A stretch of DNA of 64,000 bases from a bacterium (GTDB taxonomy: Bacteria > Bacteroidota > Ignavibacteria > SZUA-365). This document shows, one piece after another, positions 47,089-58,874 of the stretch (the stretch's first letter is position 1; each line of letters opens with the position of its first letter). Under the pieces are notes generated by a model, which was not told where the DNA came from, searched no databases, and saw only the letters and a list, made by a program, of their open reading frames with translations. The stretch spans positions 580,964 through 644,963 of the forward strand of contig JAHLLD010000001.1 in assembly GCA_020444325.1 (NCBI GenBank). Direction: 5' to 3'. A program made the position numbers and the translations under genes.

Positions 47089-49473
47089 GTGCATATGCAG
47101 CGTGAAAAGGAAAACATGGCAGTGATGGATGACATGCATGCGTTGTGGAAAAAGTTTGGGGTGAAAAATTCGCTGTGCCTTTGCGTATCCGGCAGTGTTG
47201 CGAGAGGGGAACAGACTGCGCATTCCGACACCGATATTCTGCTTCTGTACCAGGAAACAGAGGGGATGGAAGAAGGTACTACCGCAACTGGTGATGCAGA
47301 TGAAATGCTGCGGTATCTGCATCGTGAGGGAAGCCACATCAGTGTGATAAGCCGGTCGCTGCAGGATTGCCTGGATATGATGGATGAGGATGTGCGCTCA
47401 TGGGTGTCACAGATGGACGCCACGTACGTTGAAGGCAACAGGGAGTTGTTCGCTGATTTTCGCCGTGGGATGTGTCTGCAGGCGAAAACACACAGGATGC
47501 AATTGCTCGAGGCTTTATTCACTCTGGCGATGGAACGGCATGGTCAGTACGGTGAAACGCTTGCATTGCTGGAGCCCAATATCAAAAACAGTGCTGGCGC
47601 ACTGCGCGATATCCATACGATATACTATATGTCATTGCTGATGGGTTCGGAGCAGCTTGACTGCGAGCCGGTACCCTGGCCGGAAGTGCGCAGCATACTG
47701 CGTACGGTGCAGTTGCAGGAGCTGCGTCGCGAGCAGTTGCTCGAAGCATACGATTTTCTGCTTCGCACGCGACAGGCGATGCATGATTGCAGTGGACACC
47801 TGCATGATACGCTTGATTTTGATCTGCAGCGTGAGGTCGCCGCAGAAATGGGGTATGGAGATGCGTCTGAGAAGAAGGGGGTGGAAGCATTCATGCGGCA
47901 CTACTATCGTCACGCGCATACGGTTCATGTGGCACTGCAGCTTCTGTTTTCTGATCTCGGTCTGACGACAAGGCTTGAAATGCTGTCCGGCAGCAATACG
48001 ACGACCGGGGAAGATGTGATGGAGCTTTTTCTGCAATCCTGCCGGGAAAAAATTCCTGTCAGCATTGGACTCGTGCGTCGTCTCGATGGCGATGCGGAAC
48101 TTCGCTTTGACAGCGCGCAATGCAGGGCGATGTTCGATGAAATACTGAGACAGCCGGCATACGTCTATGCGACCCTTTCGCGCATGCATGAAATGCGCAT
48201 ACTCGGTCGGTTGCTCCCGGAGTTCCGTGCACTTTCCCAGTACTTTCAACACAACATCTACCATTTTTTCACTGCGGATGAACATACGCTGCGCTGCCTG
48301 CGCTCCGTTGAAGAATGGCGAGAACGTGGCGATGAGCATGTCGCTGTGGTGCTTCGTGAAATTGAAGATATATCCCCACTGCGCTATGCGCTGCTTCTGC
48401 ACGACATTGCAAAACCCATCGACTTGAAACGCCATGAAATCGTGGGTGCCGATATGTGTGACGACATTCTCAGACGATTCAACCGTATGGATATTGCGGA
48501 TGATGTTCGTTTTCTCGTTCACGACCATCTGCGCATGGAACAGCTCGCCTTTCGGAGAAATTTCAGGGACCTGGCAGCCCTCCAGCCATTTACTGAACGG
48601 GTGGAAAACCTGAACAGGCTTCGCCTGCTGTATGTGCTCACCTGTGCCGATATGTCCGCACTCAATCCTGGCGTCCTCACCGAATGGAAAAAGGATTTGC
48701 TGGCGGAATTATACGAAGCTGCAAAGCATCATCTTCTGCAGGATGATTCCACGGAGCAGATAAGCATACGCGAGGGTTTCATCGTCGAGGAAGCCACGAG
48801 TATGGAACATCATCAGTTCAATACTTCGGTTGACGACATCCTCGACGGTGAACTCATGCGGATGAGCGTAACGCATCATCGCTCGTATTCGGAAGTCACC
48901 ATTTTCTGTGTGGACAGGCCGAAACTGCTTTCTCAACTTTCCGCTGCGTTCTTTGCCGCTGACGCCTCTATTGTGGATGCTGCAATTGAAACGCGAAATG
49001 ATGTGGTGATAGACATGTTTCGAGTCGTCGATATCATCAGCGGGAATAATCTCGGAAGGGAACAGACACGGGAGTTGCGAGATATCATACGCAGCATGTG
49101 TGCGGGCGAGTGCGATGTCGAGCAATTGTATACGCGCAGCAGAAGAAAGTGGATACGACGTCTGCGAAAAATGCCGCGTGAAAATATCAAAACAGCTGTA
49201 GAATATATTCCGCATACGGCGGCGGATGGCGCACGGCAGACTATTGTCGAAGTTTACGCCCCGGATACATTCGGTCTTCTCTACAGACTTGCAGGTGAAC
49301 TGTCAGAATTTGGATTGAACGTGGTATTTGCCAAAATTGCAACCCGAGTGGATGGCGTCGTCGACAGCTTCTATGTCGTCGATTCCGCTGGGAATCCACT
49401 CGATGATGAGGTACGGAAACAGGATCTCCGGTCACGCCTCCTGCGACAGATCAATGAGATGACACAGCAATGA
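47089..49473 (+). CDS. glnD: Bifunctional [protein-PII] uridylyltransferase/uridylyl-removing enzyme GlnD
   Basis: N-terminal nucleotidyltransferase (LCVSGSVARGEQTAHSDTDILLL), an HD domain (YHFFTADEHTL...LLLHDIAKP) and two C-terminal ACT-like domains. 794 aa. Confidence 0.8.
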   Translation: MHMQREKENMAVMDDMHALWKKFGVKNSLCLCVSGSVARGEQTAHSDTDILLLYQETEGMEEGTTATGDADEMLRYLHREGSHISVISRSLQDCLDMMDEDVRSWVSQMDATYVEGNRELFADFRRGMCLQAKTHRMQLLEALFTLAMERHGQYGETLALLEPNIKNSAGALRDIHTIYYMSLLMGSEQLDCEPVPWPEVRSILRTVQLQELRREQLLEAYDFLLRTRQAMHDCSGHLHDTLDFDLQREVAAEMGYGDASEKKGVEAFMRHYYRHAHTVHVALQLLFSDLGLTTRLEMLSGSNTTTGEDVMELFLQSCREKIPVSIGLVRRLDGDAELRFDSAQCRAMFDEILRQPAYVYATLSRMHEMRILGRLLPEFRALSQYFQHNIYHFFTADEHTLRCLRSVEEWRERGDEHVAVVLREIEDISPLRYALLLHDIAKPIDLKRHEIVGADMCDDILRRFNRMDIADDVRFLVHDHLRMEQLAFRRNFRDLAALQPFTERVENLNRLRLLYVLTCADMSALNPGVLTEWKKDLLAELYEAAKHHLLQDDSTEQISIREGFIVEEATSMEHHQFNTSVDDILDGELMRMSVTHHRSYSEVTIFCVDRPKLLSQLSAAFFAADASIVDAAIETRNDVVIDMFRVVDIISGNNLGREQTRELRDIIRSMCAGECDVEQLYTRSRRKWIRRLRKMPRENIKTAVEYIPHTAADGARQTIVEVYAPDTFGLLYRLAGELSEFGLNVVFAKIATRVDGVVDSFYVVDSAGNPLDDEVRKQDLRSRLLRQINEMTQQ

Positions 49474-50309
49474 ATTCTTCTTCACGCATGCCGTCGTGGA
49501 ATATTCCTCAGTCACAGAAAAGTATCGGGGTGTTTGATTCCGGTATTGGCGGACTGACGGTGGTGCACGCGCTGATGAAGCATCTGCCGCATGAGAACAT
49601 CACCTATTTCGGTGATACGGCACGCGTGCCTTATGGCAGCAAATCGGCGGAAGTCGTGAGGGAGTACGCGTTTGAAGATACCCGCTTCCTCATGCAGCAG
49701 GGAGTGAAGATTATCGTTGTCGCGTGCAACACCGTTTCAGCTGTTGCCATCGACGATCTCAAGTCTCATTTCGATATCCCCATCGTCGGCATGATTCAAC
49801 CAGGTGCTGAAGCGGCTTGCAATGCGAGCAGGAATGGACGCGTCGGAGTGATCGGAACATACGCGACCATCGGCAGCGATGCCTATCCCCGCGCCCTGCG
49901 TCATTGCAATGACACGTTCCATACGTTCTCGGCAGCATGTCCCCTCTTCGTTCCACTTGCGGAAGAAGGGTGGGGATCTCACCCGGTATCCGCGCAGATC
50001 GCAGCGGAATATCTTCAACCCATCAAAAAAGAACAGATAGATACGCTCATCCTCGGTTGTACTCATTATCCCATCCTGCGTGATGTTATTCAACGCACGA
50101 TCGGCGAGGAAGTATCACTGATCGATTCCGGTGAAGCGGCCGCAATTGAAGTTGAACGTCTGCTCCGGGAAAGCGATTTGCTGAACGCATCCGCACATCA
50201 ACCAAACTATTCATTCTTTGTTTCCGATGTTCCGCAGCGCTTCAAACAGCTCGGGGAAATATTCCTCGACAAAGCCGATCTCCGCGTAACCAGAGTGCAT
50301 CTCGCGTAA
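49470..50309 (+). CDS. murI: Glutamate racemase
   Basis: IGVFDSGIGGLTV is the MurI N-terminal signature. VVACNT and LGCTHYP are the catalytic Cys motifs. Confidence 0.9.
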   Translation: MNSSSRMPSWNIPQSQKSIGVFDSGIGGLTVVHALMKHLPHENITYFGDTARVPYGSKSAEVVREYAFEDTRFLMQQGVKIIVVACNTVSAVAIDDLKSHFDIPIVGMIQPGAEAACNASRNGRVGVIGTYATIGSDAYPRALRHCNDTFHTFSAACPLFVPLAEEGWGSHPVSAQIAAEYLQPIKKEQIDTLILGCTHYPILRDVIQRTIGEEVSLIDSGEAAAIEVERLLRESDLLNASAHQPNYSFFVSDVPQRFKQLGEIFLDKADLRVTRVHLA

Positions 50310-50490
50310 ACGGACGAAGCACTTCCCTTGCGCCGTTTTCCCACCTGCCATGACCAGAACGCAAAGCCCTCCCATCCTGTGACGGTATTTTTTCCACAGG
50401 GCAGAAATCGCTAAATTTATCACGACTTGTTTTTACAAACCGGTTTTTTAACGGTTTGGTACACCTGAAAAACGAAGCAGAGTTGCTATT

Positions 50491-52599
50491 ATGAGTGCAG
50501 AAGAACACGGAAAGAAACGCGATTTTCTTTTCGAAGAATTTGAAGCAGCTACAAAAGAGCGCTGGCTGGAACTGGTGGAGAGAGATCTCAAGGGAGCGGA
50601 TTTCGACAAAAAGCTGGTATGGGACAGCTATGAGGGATTCAAGGTGCAGCCCATGTATTTCCGTGAAGAAAACGCGGAATTGAAACATCTTGGCAGCATG
50701 CCCGGTTTTCCTCCATATCTGCGCGATGCGCGCTTGACGGGAAATACCGAAACCCCGTGGTCTATCATGCAGACGCATGCCTCCAGCGCGCGTAATGAAC
50801 TGCGCAGGGAGGTACAGACGGGACTGCAGGGCGGAGAGACGCGCGTGGGATTGCGATTCCATGAAGCATTGAGACGGGGTACGGCCATTGAGCAGATGCA
50901 GGATCTGCCGGAAGGCGGAGCCTGGATCACCGACCTGGAAGAGCTGCGTGAATTTCTCGAAGACCTGCCATCCTTTGAAGGACTGGATATCGATGCGGGC
51001 CTTTCCTCACCGATTCTGCTTGCTGCAGCCCTGGAAGCGGGATGTCGGAACGTACATACCGCAATGGATCCCGTTACACAGCTTGTAGAACGGGGAGAAT
51101 CCGACTGTTCGTTCGACACGGCCTGTCGCCTGATGCGCGACAGTGTGCAGGCGGCTGGGGCATCGGGAAAATCACATCGTGTCATCAGTGTCAGCGGTGA
51201 AGCCTGGCACAACGCCGGCGCGAGCGCGGTGGAGGAAATCGCCTGCGTGCTGTCCACTGCCGTCGAATACCTGCATCAAATGCAGGAGCGGGGTATGAAT
51301 GCAACAGCCACTGCGTCACGCATGCGATTCACCTTTCCGGTGGGAAGTACGTTCTTCATGGAGGTCGCCAAACTGCGCGCCGTACGCGCACTCTGGTCCC
51401 GCGTCACGGAAGCTTTCGCCATCGAGGATACGGAATCGGCACGCATGTGCATGCATGTGCGGAGTTCGCGATGGACGCAGACTGCGTACGATCCGTATGT
51501 CAACATGCTGCGCGCAACGGTGCAGGCAATGGCCGGAGCAACGGGCGGAGCGGAGAGTATCGATATCGCACCCTTCGATGAGGTGGCGGGTACTCCCGGA
51601 CCGTTTTCCCGCCGAATCGCACGCAATGTGCAGATTATCCTTCAGGAAGAAGCACACCTCGCGCAGGTCGGAGATCCGGCAGCAGGTTCCTATTACGTGG
51701 AACATCTCACCGATTCAATCATGCAGCATGCATGGACGCTGTTCCAGGAGATTGAACAGCAGGGCGGCATCCTTTCCGCGCTGGAAAACGGAAGCGTGCA
51801 GGAGCGCATCAGGAAAACAGCAGAAAAGAAACGGAAGAATATTTCACGCAGGAAAGATGTCATCGTCGGTACGAATCAGTATCCGAATCTCTCGGAGAAA
51901 CCGCTTCCGACTCCGTCCACATCCCCTGTTTCAAACGAAGCACTGCAGCGAGCATACAAAGAGAAATGCGACGCACGCGGTCCACGTGATGTGCAGTTAC
52001 AGAAACTGGGCGAGCTGCTGCGTGAGGACAGCGGAAACAGCATCGATGCAATGCGCACCGCATTGAATGAAGGAATCACGGTGCCTGAAATTCTTGAACT
52101 GATTGTCTCCGCATCAGCTGATACGACGCAGGTAACCCCATTGCCGCCCTTCAGAGCGTCAGAAGAATTTGAGCGTCTTCGCGGCACGGTGGAGCATATG
52201 GAGCGGAAACCACGCGTGTTCCTCGCTACCTATGGTCCCGTCGCCTGGAGCCGCGCGCGCGCAACCTTCGCATCAGGATTTTTCGGTGCAGCGGGCATGG
52301 ATATCATCGACAACCTGGGCTTCGAATCCCCTGTGGAGGCAGCGGAAGCAGCACTGCAGCAGGATGCAGATATCCTCGTTGCCTGCAGCGAAGATGCCCG
52401 GTATGCAGAGAGCGTACCTGAAATCCTTCGCATCGTGCAGGAAAAGAAGCCCGGCATGCTCGTCGTTGTCGCTGGAAATCCGGCAGACGATGTTGCTGCG
52501 CTTACCGAAGCGGGCGTGCACGCCTTTGTCCATGTCAGATCCGACGTGGGCGAAACGCTTGCAAACGTTCTCCAGACACTCGGAATTGAAATTTCATAA
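50491..52599 (+). CDS. mutA: Methylmalonyl-CoA mutase small (beta) subunit
   Basis: 702 aa, directly upstream of the large subunit. The N-terminus ([30 protein letters not shown]) matches the MutA family, and the C-terminal domain is B12-binding-like (no DxHxxG). Confidence 0.8.
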   Translation: MSAEEHGKKRDFLFEEFEAATKERWLELVERDLKGADFDKKLVWDSYEGFKVQPMYFREENAELKHLGSMPGFPPYLRDARLTGNTETPWSIMQTHASSARNELRREVQTGLQGGETRVGLRFHEALRRGTAIEQMQDLPEGGAWITDLEELREFLEDLPSFEGLDIDAGLSSPILLAAALEAGCRNVHTAMDPVTQLVERGESDCSFDTACRLMRDSVQAAGASGKSHRVISVSGEAWHNAGASAVEEIACVLSTAVEYLHQMQERGMNATATASRMRFTFPVGSTFFMEVAKLRAVRALWSRVTEAFAIEDTESARMCMHVRSSRWTQTAYDPYVNMLRATVQAMAGATGGAESIDIAPFDEVAGTPGPFSRRIARNVQIILQEEAHLAQVGDPAAGSYYVEHLTDSIMQHAWTLFQEIEQQGGILSALENGSVQERIRKTAEKKRKNISRRKDVIVGTNQYPNLSEKPLPTPSTSPVSNEALQRAYKEKCDARGPRDVQLQKLGELLREDSGNSIDAMRTALNEGITVPEILELIVSASADTTQVTPLPPFRASEEFERLRGTVEHMERKPRVFLATYGPVAWSRARATFASGFFGAAGMDIIDNLGFESPVEAAEAALQQDADILVACSEDARYAESVPEILRIVQEKKPGMLVVVAGNPADDVAALTEAGVHAFVHVRSDVGETLANVLQTLGIEIS

Positions 52600-52616
52600 G
52601 GCAGGAATACACCGTA

Positions 52617-54779
52617 ATGAAACCTGATTTTTCCAGCATTCCATATATGCAGACGAGGGACGGAGCGCACGGCATCGCTGACTGGGAAAAAGCACTGCGT
52701 GCGAAGGACAGGGACGCTGCATCGTTGCTCTGGAATACACCGGAGCATATCGATGTGAAGGCCCTGTACAGCGAGGAAGATCTTGAAGGACTCGAACACC
52801 TGGATTTTGCTTCCGGTATTCCGCCGTTTCTGCGTGGTCCGTACAGCACGATGTATGTATCGCGTCCATGGACCGTACGTCAGTACGCGGGCTTTTCCAC
52901 GGCAGAAGAATCGAACGCCTTTTATCGCAGGAATCTCGCGGCGGGACAGAAGGGGCTTTCCATCGCCTTCGACCTGGCGACGCATCGCGGATACGATTCC
53001 GACAACCCGCGTGTGATCGGTGATGTCGGCAAGGCCGGCGTGGCCATTGATTCCATTCACGACATGCGCATTCTGTTCGATCAGATTCCGCTCGATAAAA
53101 TGTCTGTCTCCATGACGATGAATGGTGCTGTTCTCCCCGTGATGGCACTCTATATCATTGCCGCGGAGGAACAGGGTGTGAGCATGGAGCAGCTAAGCGG
53201 CACCATTCAGAACGACATCCTGAAAGAATTCATGGTGCGGAACACGTATATCTATCCCCCCGCACCGTCCATGCGTATTGTCTCCGATATCATCGCCTTC
53301 ACCGCGAACAACATGCCGCGCTTCAATTCGATTTCCATTTCAGGATATCACATGCAGGAAGCAGGCGCGACCGCGGATATCGAGATGGCATATACGCTGG
53401 CGGATGGACTCGAGTACGTGCGCGCAGGAATCGATGCGGGACTCAGCATCGACGCGTTTGCACCGCGTCTTTCCTTCTTCTGGGCCATCGGCATGAATTT
53501 CTTCATGGAGATCGCGAAGATGCGCGCCGCACGCATGCTCTGGGCAAAGATCATCAAGCGTTTCGATCCGCAGAATCCAAAATCCATGTCGCTGCGCACG
53601 CATTGCCAGACATCGGGATGGAGTCTGACCGAACAGGACCCGTTCAACAACGTGACACGTACCTGTGTGGAAGCACTCGCAGCGTCGATGGGTCACACGC
53701 AGTCGCTGCATACCAATGCCCTCGATGAAGCCATCGCATTGCCGACGGATTTCTCAGCCCGCATTGCGCGCAACACACAGCTGTTCATCCAGGATGAAAC
53801 CGCGGTGTGTCGCAGCGTCGATCCCTGGGCGGGTTCGTATTACGTCGAACGCCTCACACATGAACTGGCGCACAGGGGGTGGACACTGATCGAGGAAGTC
53901 GAGCAGCTCGGCGGAATGACGCGGGCGATTGAAGAGGGACTCCCGAAAATGCGTATTGAGGAAGCGGCCGCCCGGAAACAGGCTCGCATCGATTCCGGAA
54001 AAGATGTCATCGTTGGTGTGAACAAGTACCGTCTCGATGAGGAAGACCCGATCGATATTCTCGAAGTCGATAACAGTGCCGTGCTCGAGGCGCAGAAACG
54101 CCGGCTTGCGCGGTTGCGCCAAGAACGCGATAATGCTGCTGTCGAAGGTGCGTTGCAGCAGGTGACCCGCACGGCCGAAGGCAGCGGAAATCTACTCGAA
54201 GCCTGCGTGAATGCCGCGCGTGTCGGAGCAACCGTCGGCGAAATGTCCGACGCCATGGAAAAAGTTTTCGGAAGGCATCAGGCTGTGATCAGATCCATAT
54301 CAGGTGTGTACTCGAGTGAAGCGGGCGACGACGACGATTTCGTTGCCGCACGGGCGCTTACTGATCAGTTCGCGGAAAAGGAAGGTCGCCGTCCCCGCGT
54401 CATGATTGCGAAGCTGGGACAGGACGGCCATGACCGCGGTGCAAAGGTGATCGCCACGGCCTTCGCCGATCTCGGCTTCGATGTTGATATCGGTCCCCTG
54501 TTCCAGACACCGGCTGAAGCAGCACGGCAGGCGGCGGAGAACGATGTGCATATCATCGGCGTCTCCAGCCTCGCTGCGGGACACAAGACGCTGGTGCCCT
54601 CGCTGCTTGAAGAACTCCGTGCCGTGGGACGCGATGATATTCTCGTCGTCGTCGGAGGTGTCATACCTGCACAGGATTATGAATATCTCTACAAGAAAGG
54701 TGCCGTCGCCGTCTTCGGTCCCGGTACCGTTATTCCTCGTGCTGCGCAGAAGCTGATGCATATCCTGCTTGAGGACTGA
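52617..54779 (+). CDS. mutB: Methylmalonyl-CoA mutase large (alpha) subunit
   Basis: [59 protein letters not shown] is the catalytic-subunit signature. The C-terminal B12-binding domain has GQDGHDRG (DxHxxG). Confidence 0.9.
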   Translation: MKPDFSSIPYMQTRDGAHGIADWEKALRAKDRDAASLLWNTPEHIDVKALYSEEDLEGLEHLDFASGIPPFLRGPYSTMYVSRPWTVRQYAGFSTAEESNAFYRRNLAAGQKGLSIAFDLATHRGYDSDNPRVIGDVGKAGVAIDSIHDMRILFDQIPLDKMSVSMTMNGAVLPVMALYIIAAEEQGVSMEQLSGTIQNDILKEFMVRNTYIYPPAPSMRIVSDIIAFTANNMPRFNSISISGYHMQEAGATADIEMAYTLADGLEYVRAGIDAGLSIDAFAPRLSFFWAIGMNFFMEIAKMRAARMLWAKIIKRFDPQNPKSMSLRTHCQTSGWSLTEQDPFNNVTRTCVEALAASMGHTQSLHTNALDEAIALPTDFSARIARNTQLFIQDETAVCRSVDPWAGSYYVERLTHELAHRGWTLIEEVEQLGGMTRAIEEGLPKMRIEEAAARKQARIDSGKDVIVGVNKYRLDEEDPIDILEVDNSAVLEAQKRRLARLRQERDNAAVEGALQQVTRTAEGSGNLLEACVNAARVGATVGEMSDAMEKVFGRHQAVIRSISGVYSSEAGDDDDFVAARALTDQFAEKEGRRPRVMIAKLGQDGHDRGAKVIATAFADLGFDVDIGPLFQTPAEAARQAAENDVHIIGVSSLAAGHKTLVPSLLEELRAVGRDDILVVVGGVIPAQDYEYLYKKGAVAVFGPGTVIPRAAQKLMHILLED

Positions 54780-54803
54780 CAGCCGGAATTCTGTAAATCT
54801 GTA

Positions 54804-54851
54804 ACGTCACCTGTGATGCGTTCTGCTGTGCAGGTGACGTTTTCTTTTTTT
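54804..54851 (+). terminator. Rho-independent terminator after mutB
   Basis: acgtcacctg(17-nt loop)caggtgacgt is a perfect 10-bp stem followed by tttcttttttt. Confidence 0.6.
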
Positions 54852-54926
54852 CGTTGAATATGAAATATCGAATGAATACACTGTAGTGTTGAATCCAGCT
54901 ACGCCTTACAGTGATGAAGGGATAGA

Positions 54927-57900
54927 GTGATGCATACCACTTCCCGAAACATGATCGTTACCACACTGCTGCTGTACCTTGTTACCGCCAGTGTGCAGTC
55001 GCAAACAATCTCATATATCATTCCCGACATCGGCAGTCCGGGAATGAACACGCTGGTGGAATTCATCGGTCCACACGACGCTGTCGGAAATTTCGGCAGC
55101 GATGGATTGTACATGAATAATCCGGGAGACGCCCTGCGCCTGCGCTGTGTGAACCCGGGAGACAGCAACACGGTGATCATTGGTCCCTTCGTCGTTTCGT
55201 GGGATGGACGCATGATCTCAGCGCAAATCTTTGTCAATCCAGACGCGAATCCCCCGAGCAGCAACTGGCAGACCGTCGGCCTCCAATACCAGATTCCCAT
55301 CGAGTTCGTACGCAACGGTTCGGCCGGGAATGCGGAAATGTTTTACGTGGTGCGGCCGCAGGCGGCGATCGTGAAATCAGGTGACGGAACGCTTGGCAGC
55401 GGCGGAAGCTGGGGCCTGCGTTCGCCCCGCGGCGCAATGATTGTCGACAGTCTCGTGCTCATGGGAGACAACTATGATGTCTCGCTGGTGGATCCCGATC
55501 TGACAGCGGATGGAAACCAGGGAAATCTTCCTGTGACGATTATCTCCCGCGGTCCCGTCCGCATGGGCAGCAACACCACGCTTTCCGTGGATGCGAACGG
55601 CAAGCACGGGGGACCCGGCGGTGGCGGTGGTGGGGGAAGCTTCTGCGATTTTACCGGTGACGGCTCCGATGGCGGAGATGGTTTCACCGGTGGGGGCAGG
55701 GGTGGAAGAAACAAATCCGGAAATCCTTTTGGCAGTGACGCGTACCGCAATCCCGGTATCGGCAGTGGTGCGCCTGTCGGAAACACAGGCGGAAGCCTCA
55801 ACGGTGTGTCCGGCGGAACCTCACCGGCACATGAAGCCTCAGGCGGGGGAACGGGACACCCGTTCGGTACCTCCGGCGAAGGCTGTTCAAGCGGTTCGGG
55901 CTGCAATCCTCCCGGCGGTTTCGGCGGTGGAAGCGGACAGCAGCAGCTGCGGGACGGTGGCGGCGGTGGATACGCGACCCCGGGCGTTTCGTCCAACAAC
56001 GGTAATGGCGGGCAGGTACATGGCAATGCCGCCATCATCCCGCTTGCGGGCGGTTCGGGTGGAGCCAGCGGAAACCCGCAACTGGGTCTGGCCTGCTCGG
56101 GCGAAGGCGGCGGCGGCGCGGGAGCACTGAAGCTTTCGGCACCCAGCATGGAAACCTATCACTTTACGGCCTTCGGGGGGTCGTCTGGAAACGGCAGCAG
56201 CACGGACGGTGGTGCAGGTTCCGGTGGGGCCATTCATATCGGAAGTAAACTGCTGTCCTCCGTGTGGAAGATAGAGGCACCGGGAGGTCTGGGTCCTGGA
56301 AAGTTCGGCGGCGCAGGACGCATACGCATGGATGGTCCCCTGGGATGGACCAGCGGTGGATTGCCGGTTGAAGAAAGCATGTTTACCGGTCCTTCAACCG
56401 ATACGTCGACTTTCGTTCCTCGCACATTCACGCTCACGGGAACAGGCAATGGCGAGGACATTCACCTGTATATGAAATCCGATCGCACGCAGTGGGCAGA
56501 GATTGCAGTGCTCAGCGGGTATGGAACGGACTGGACGCATGATATCACCCTGACGGACGAAGGCTATTATTACCTTGCCGCGCTGCAGACGAATCCCTCA
56601 AGTTCTTCGGCGCAGTTCACCGCGAGTCCGGCATACATCCCGTCACAGTCGGCCGCGAATATTTTCATCTTTCGTCCCGTACCCGAGATCGCAGCAGCGG
56701 TTCCTCTCACGATGCCCGGACTGCGATGCGAGCAGAGCATGCTCGACACGGTGATCGTAGAGAATCTGGGCGACGGGACACTCAACATCAGTGCCGCGGA
56801 CTTTGCTTTCGGCGACCGTGGTTTCACACTGGTTGAGCCGGCGGGTTTTCCCGTGGATATCCTGCCCGGTGGAATGCGTGCATTCATTGTTCGTCATGAC
56901 AGAGTTGCCGGGAGCAGGGGGGTGATCACCGATACTCTGAAGGTGACCAGTAACAGTCCGGGTGCCAGTCCGTTCACCATCCCCGTCAGCATCACCGTTG
57001 ATGTCGCGGAATTCATGTTTGCGTCCAGCGCACTTGCCTTCCCGGATATACTGCTCTGTGAGGGATCGCAGACGGACACCTCCATTGTGCTTACGAATAC
57101 CGGCACCATTCCTCTTCGTCTTGAACTGCCGGTGATTGACAACACGGCCTTCATTCTTGAATCCCCGCAGCCGACGGATTTCCCGGTTACGCTGCAGCCT
57201 GATTCCACACTCGAACTTCAGCTGCGTGTCGATCATGCAGCTGCCGGCACGGAGACCGGTACACTGACGCTGCGGTCCGTCGCTGAAGATTGCGCGTTTG
57301 CGCAGCAACTCGACCTCTCCGCCTCGGCGCGCAACGCGAATCTCTTCGTCGGCACGATCTCGCCTTTTTCCACACTGCAGTGTCCGGGTGAAAGCACGGA
57401 CAACACCATGCTGCTGCGCAATGATGGTGAGGTGCCCATCACGGTGACAACGCTGTCATCGACGCTGCCGCAATTCACGGTGATATCACCTCTGCCTCCG
57501 TTTTCTCTGGATGTGAACGAACAGGTCGTTGTGATCGTGCGCTTTGCACCGCAGGCTGCGGGACAGTATAACGGTGCGCTATCCATTGTGGCCGATCCCT
57601 GCGCAGTGACAGAAAGCCGGGTGCTCACCGGCAGCGCAGACTCTCTCAATCTCGTCGCGCGTGCAATGGATTTCGGTCTGCACCGTGCTTCAACGCTTCC
57701 CGCAACAGCGAGCACGACATTGCACAACACCGGCAGCGTTCCGGTGACGGTCAACTCCATGCTGGATATCCCGCCGTTCAGGGTTACCGGGGGCATCCCG
57801 GTGACGATTGCGCCCGGTGACAGCGCGGTGATTGACCTGGAGTTTGATGATCCGGGTGCGGATGGAACGTATGTCGCGAGGCTGCCTGTCAACCATGCAC

Positions 57901-58616
57901 CTGCATGCAATACCATGGCGCTGGATGTACAGGGACGCGTCGCAACCGCACGCGTCGTCGTCAGTACCGATACGATCGTGGCTGAACCTTCGGAGGTGAT
58001 AGAACTCCCGATTTACCTGAGCAATGCCGAGAACCTGCAGCTCTTCGGAGCGACGTCCATCACGGTGAACCTGCGCTACAACGCCAGCCTGATGGTGCCG
58101 CTCTCCGGTGAGCAGGGAAGTATCGTCGGGGACGAACGGGTTCTCCCGCTCGATCTGCCCCTGGTTACCGATGCAAATGGCGTTGCGATGCGCGTACCCT
58201 TTATGGTTACGCTGGGCCTTACCGACGAGACACCGATTCTGATCAGCGATGTCATCGTCGTGGGTGGTCAGCTGACCGTGGTTGTTGAGCATGGACAGCT
58301 GACGGTTGAAAATATCTGCCGGGAGGGAGGAGATCGCTTCTTCGATGGTTCCGGGCAGATATCCCTTGAGCCCAACAGGCCCAATCCGTTCAATCCGACA
58401 ACGGAAATCGCGTTCGAGATTATCGAAGCGGCACCGACGCAGCTGCTTGTATTCGATGCGCTCGGGCGACGTGTTGCAACGTTGCAGGACGGCCTGCTCG
58501 CACCGGGAAAATACATCCGTCGTTTCGATGCCAGCGGACTTCCCTCGGGTGTCTATTTCTCGGTACTGAAAACGCCTACGGTCACCCGTATGCGGCGCAT
58601 GCTGTTTGCAAAATAA
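54927..58616 (+). CDS. Giant secreted T9SS cargo protein: Gly-rich region plus choice-of-anchor-D/Ig-like repeats plus T9SS C-terminal domain
   Basis: Signal ...MIVTTLLLYLVTASVQSQ. A Gly-rich segment of about 250 aa (GGPGGGGGGGS...GGGSGQQQLRDGGGGGYATPG...). Beta-sandwich repeats (ENLGDGTLNIS, TNTGTIPLRLE, NDGEVPITVT, HNTGSVPVTV). C-terminus ...LEPNRPNPFNPTTEIAF...SGVYFSVL... is a T9SS C-terminal domain. Confidence 0.7.
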   Translation: MMHTTSRNMIVTTLLLYLVTASVQSQTISYIIPDIGSPGMNTLVEFIGPHDAVGNFGSDGLYMNNPGDALRLRCVNPGDSNTVIIGPFVVSWDGRMISAQIFVNPDANPPSSNWQTVGLQYQIPIEFVRNGSAGNAEMFYVVRPQAAIVKSGDGTLGSGGSWGLRSPRGAMIVDSLVLMGDNYDVSLVDPDLTADGNQGNLPVTIISRGPVRMGSNTTLSVDANGKHGGPGGGGGGGSFCDFTGDGSDGGDGFTGGGRGGRNKSGNPFGSDAYRNPGIGSGAPVGNTGGSLNGVSGGTSPAHEASGGGTGHPFGTSGEGCSSGSGCNPPGGFGGGSGQQQLRDGGGGGYATPGVSSNNGNGGQVHGNAAIIPLAGGSGGASGNPQLGLACSGEGGGGAGALKLSAPSMETYHFTAFGGSSGNGSSTDGGAGSGGAIHIGSKLLSSVWKIEAPGGLGPGKFGGAGRIRMDGPLGWTSGGLPVEESMFTGPSTDTSTFVPRTFTLTGTGNGEDIHLYMKSDRTQWAEIAVLSGYGTDWTHDITLTDEGYYYLAALQTNPSSSSAQFTASPAYIPSQSAANIFIFRPVPEIAAAVPLTMPGLRCEQSMLDTVIVENLGDGTLNISAADFAFGDRGFTLVEPAGFPVDILPGGMRAFIVRHDRVAGSRGVITDTLKVTSNSPGASPFTIPVSITVDVAEFMFASSALAFPDILLCEGSQTDTSIVLTNTGTIPLRLELPVIDNTAFILESPQPTDFPVTLQPDSTLELQLRVDHAAAGTETGTLTLRSVAEDCAFAQQLDLSASARNANLFVGTISPFSTLQCPGESTDNTMLLRNDGEVPITVTTLSSTLPQFTVISPLPPFSLDVNEQVVVIVRFAPQAAGQYNGALSIVADPCAVTESRVLTGSADSLNLVARAMDFGLHRASTLPATASTTLHNTGSVPVTVNSMLDIPPFRVTGGIPVTIAPGDSAVIDLEFDDPGADGTYVARLPVNHAPACNTMALDVQGRVATARVVVSTDTIVAEPSEVIELPIYLSNAENLQLFGATSITVNLRYNASLMVPLSGEQGSIVGDERVLPLDLPLVTDANGVAMRVPFMVTLGLTDETPILISDVIVVGGQLTVVVEHGQLTVENICREGGDRFFDGSGQISLEPNRPNPFNPTTEIAFEIIEAAPTQLLVFDALGRRVATLQDGLLAPGKYIRRFDASGLPSGVYFSVLKTPTVTRMRRMLFAK

Positions 58617-58711
58617 ATAGGTGTGCATGTGCGTGGGCAATCCGGACACGACGGTGATATCCATGGTGATTGCTTGCAAAAAGCGCATTGTTTCCCGAAA
58701 TTGTGCCTTCC

Positions 58712-58795
58712 GCTCGAGTGGCGGAATTGGCAGACGCGCTGGACTCAAAATCCAGTGGGGTAAAACCCGTGCCGGTTCGATCCCGGCCTCGAGTA
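58712..58795 (+). tRNA. tRNA-Leu (anticodon CAA), class II with long variable arm
   Basis: gctcgag-tg-gcgg-aattggcag-acgc-gctgga-ctCAAaa-tccag-tggggtaaaacccgt-gccgg-ttcgatc-ccggc-ctcgagt-a. It is near-identical in layout to E. coli tRNA-Leu(CAA), with a G1-U72 wobble pair. Confidence 0.8.
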
Positions 58796-58801
58796 CGACA
58801 G

Positions 58802-58833
58802 GGGCTCCGAATTATCGGAGCCCTGTTTTATTT
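58802..58833 (+). terminator. Terminator hairpin 1 after the tRNA
   Basis: gggctccga(atta)tcggagccc followed by tgttttattt. Confidence 0.5.
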
Positions 58834-58844
58834 CCAACGACAAA

Positions 58845-58874
58845 GGCTCCGTGATTGCGGAGCCCTTCTTTTTT
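58845..58874. terminator. Terminator hairpin 2 (related stem ggctccg...cggagcc). It may also terminate the convergent minus-strand gene
   Basis: ggctccg(tgattg)cggagcc followed by cttctttttt. Confidence 0.45.

Noticed and set aside
47632-48528. 298-aa minus-strand ORF inside glnD
   Set aside because: It is antisense to glnD (NT/HD/ACT architecture) and has no independent support.
50310-50490. Possible cobalamin riboswitch upstream of methylmalonyl-CoA mutase
   Set aside because: I looked for the conserved B12-box (GCCACTG-like core) and the typical multi-stem layout and did not find them. Only a simple hairpin (aaaccggttttttaacggttt) is present. An Rfam scan would settle it.
50628-53148. 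Several minus-strand ORFs of 200-280 aa across mutA/mutB
   Set aside because: They are antisense to the methylmalonyl-CoA mutase subunits, whose identity is secure.
57690-58748. 352-aa minus-strand ORF opposite the C-terminal part of the second giant T9SS protein
   Set aside because: It is antisense. It also runs across the tRNA-Leu and terminator region, which a real gene would not.
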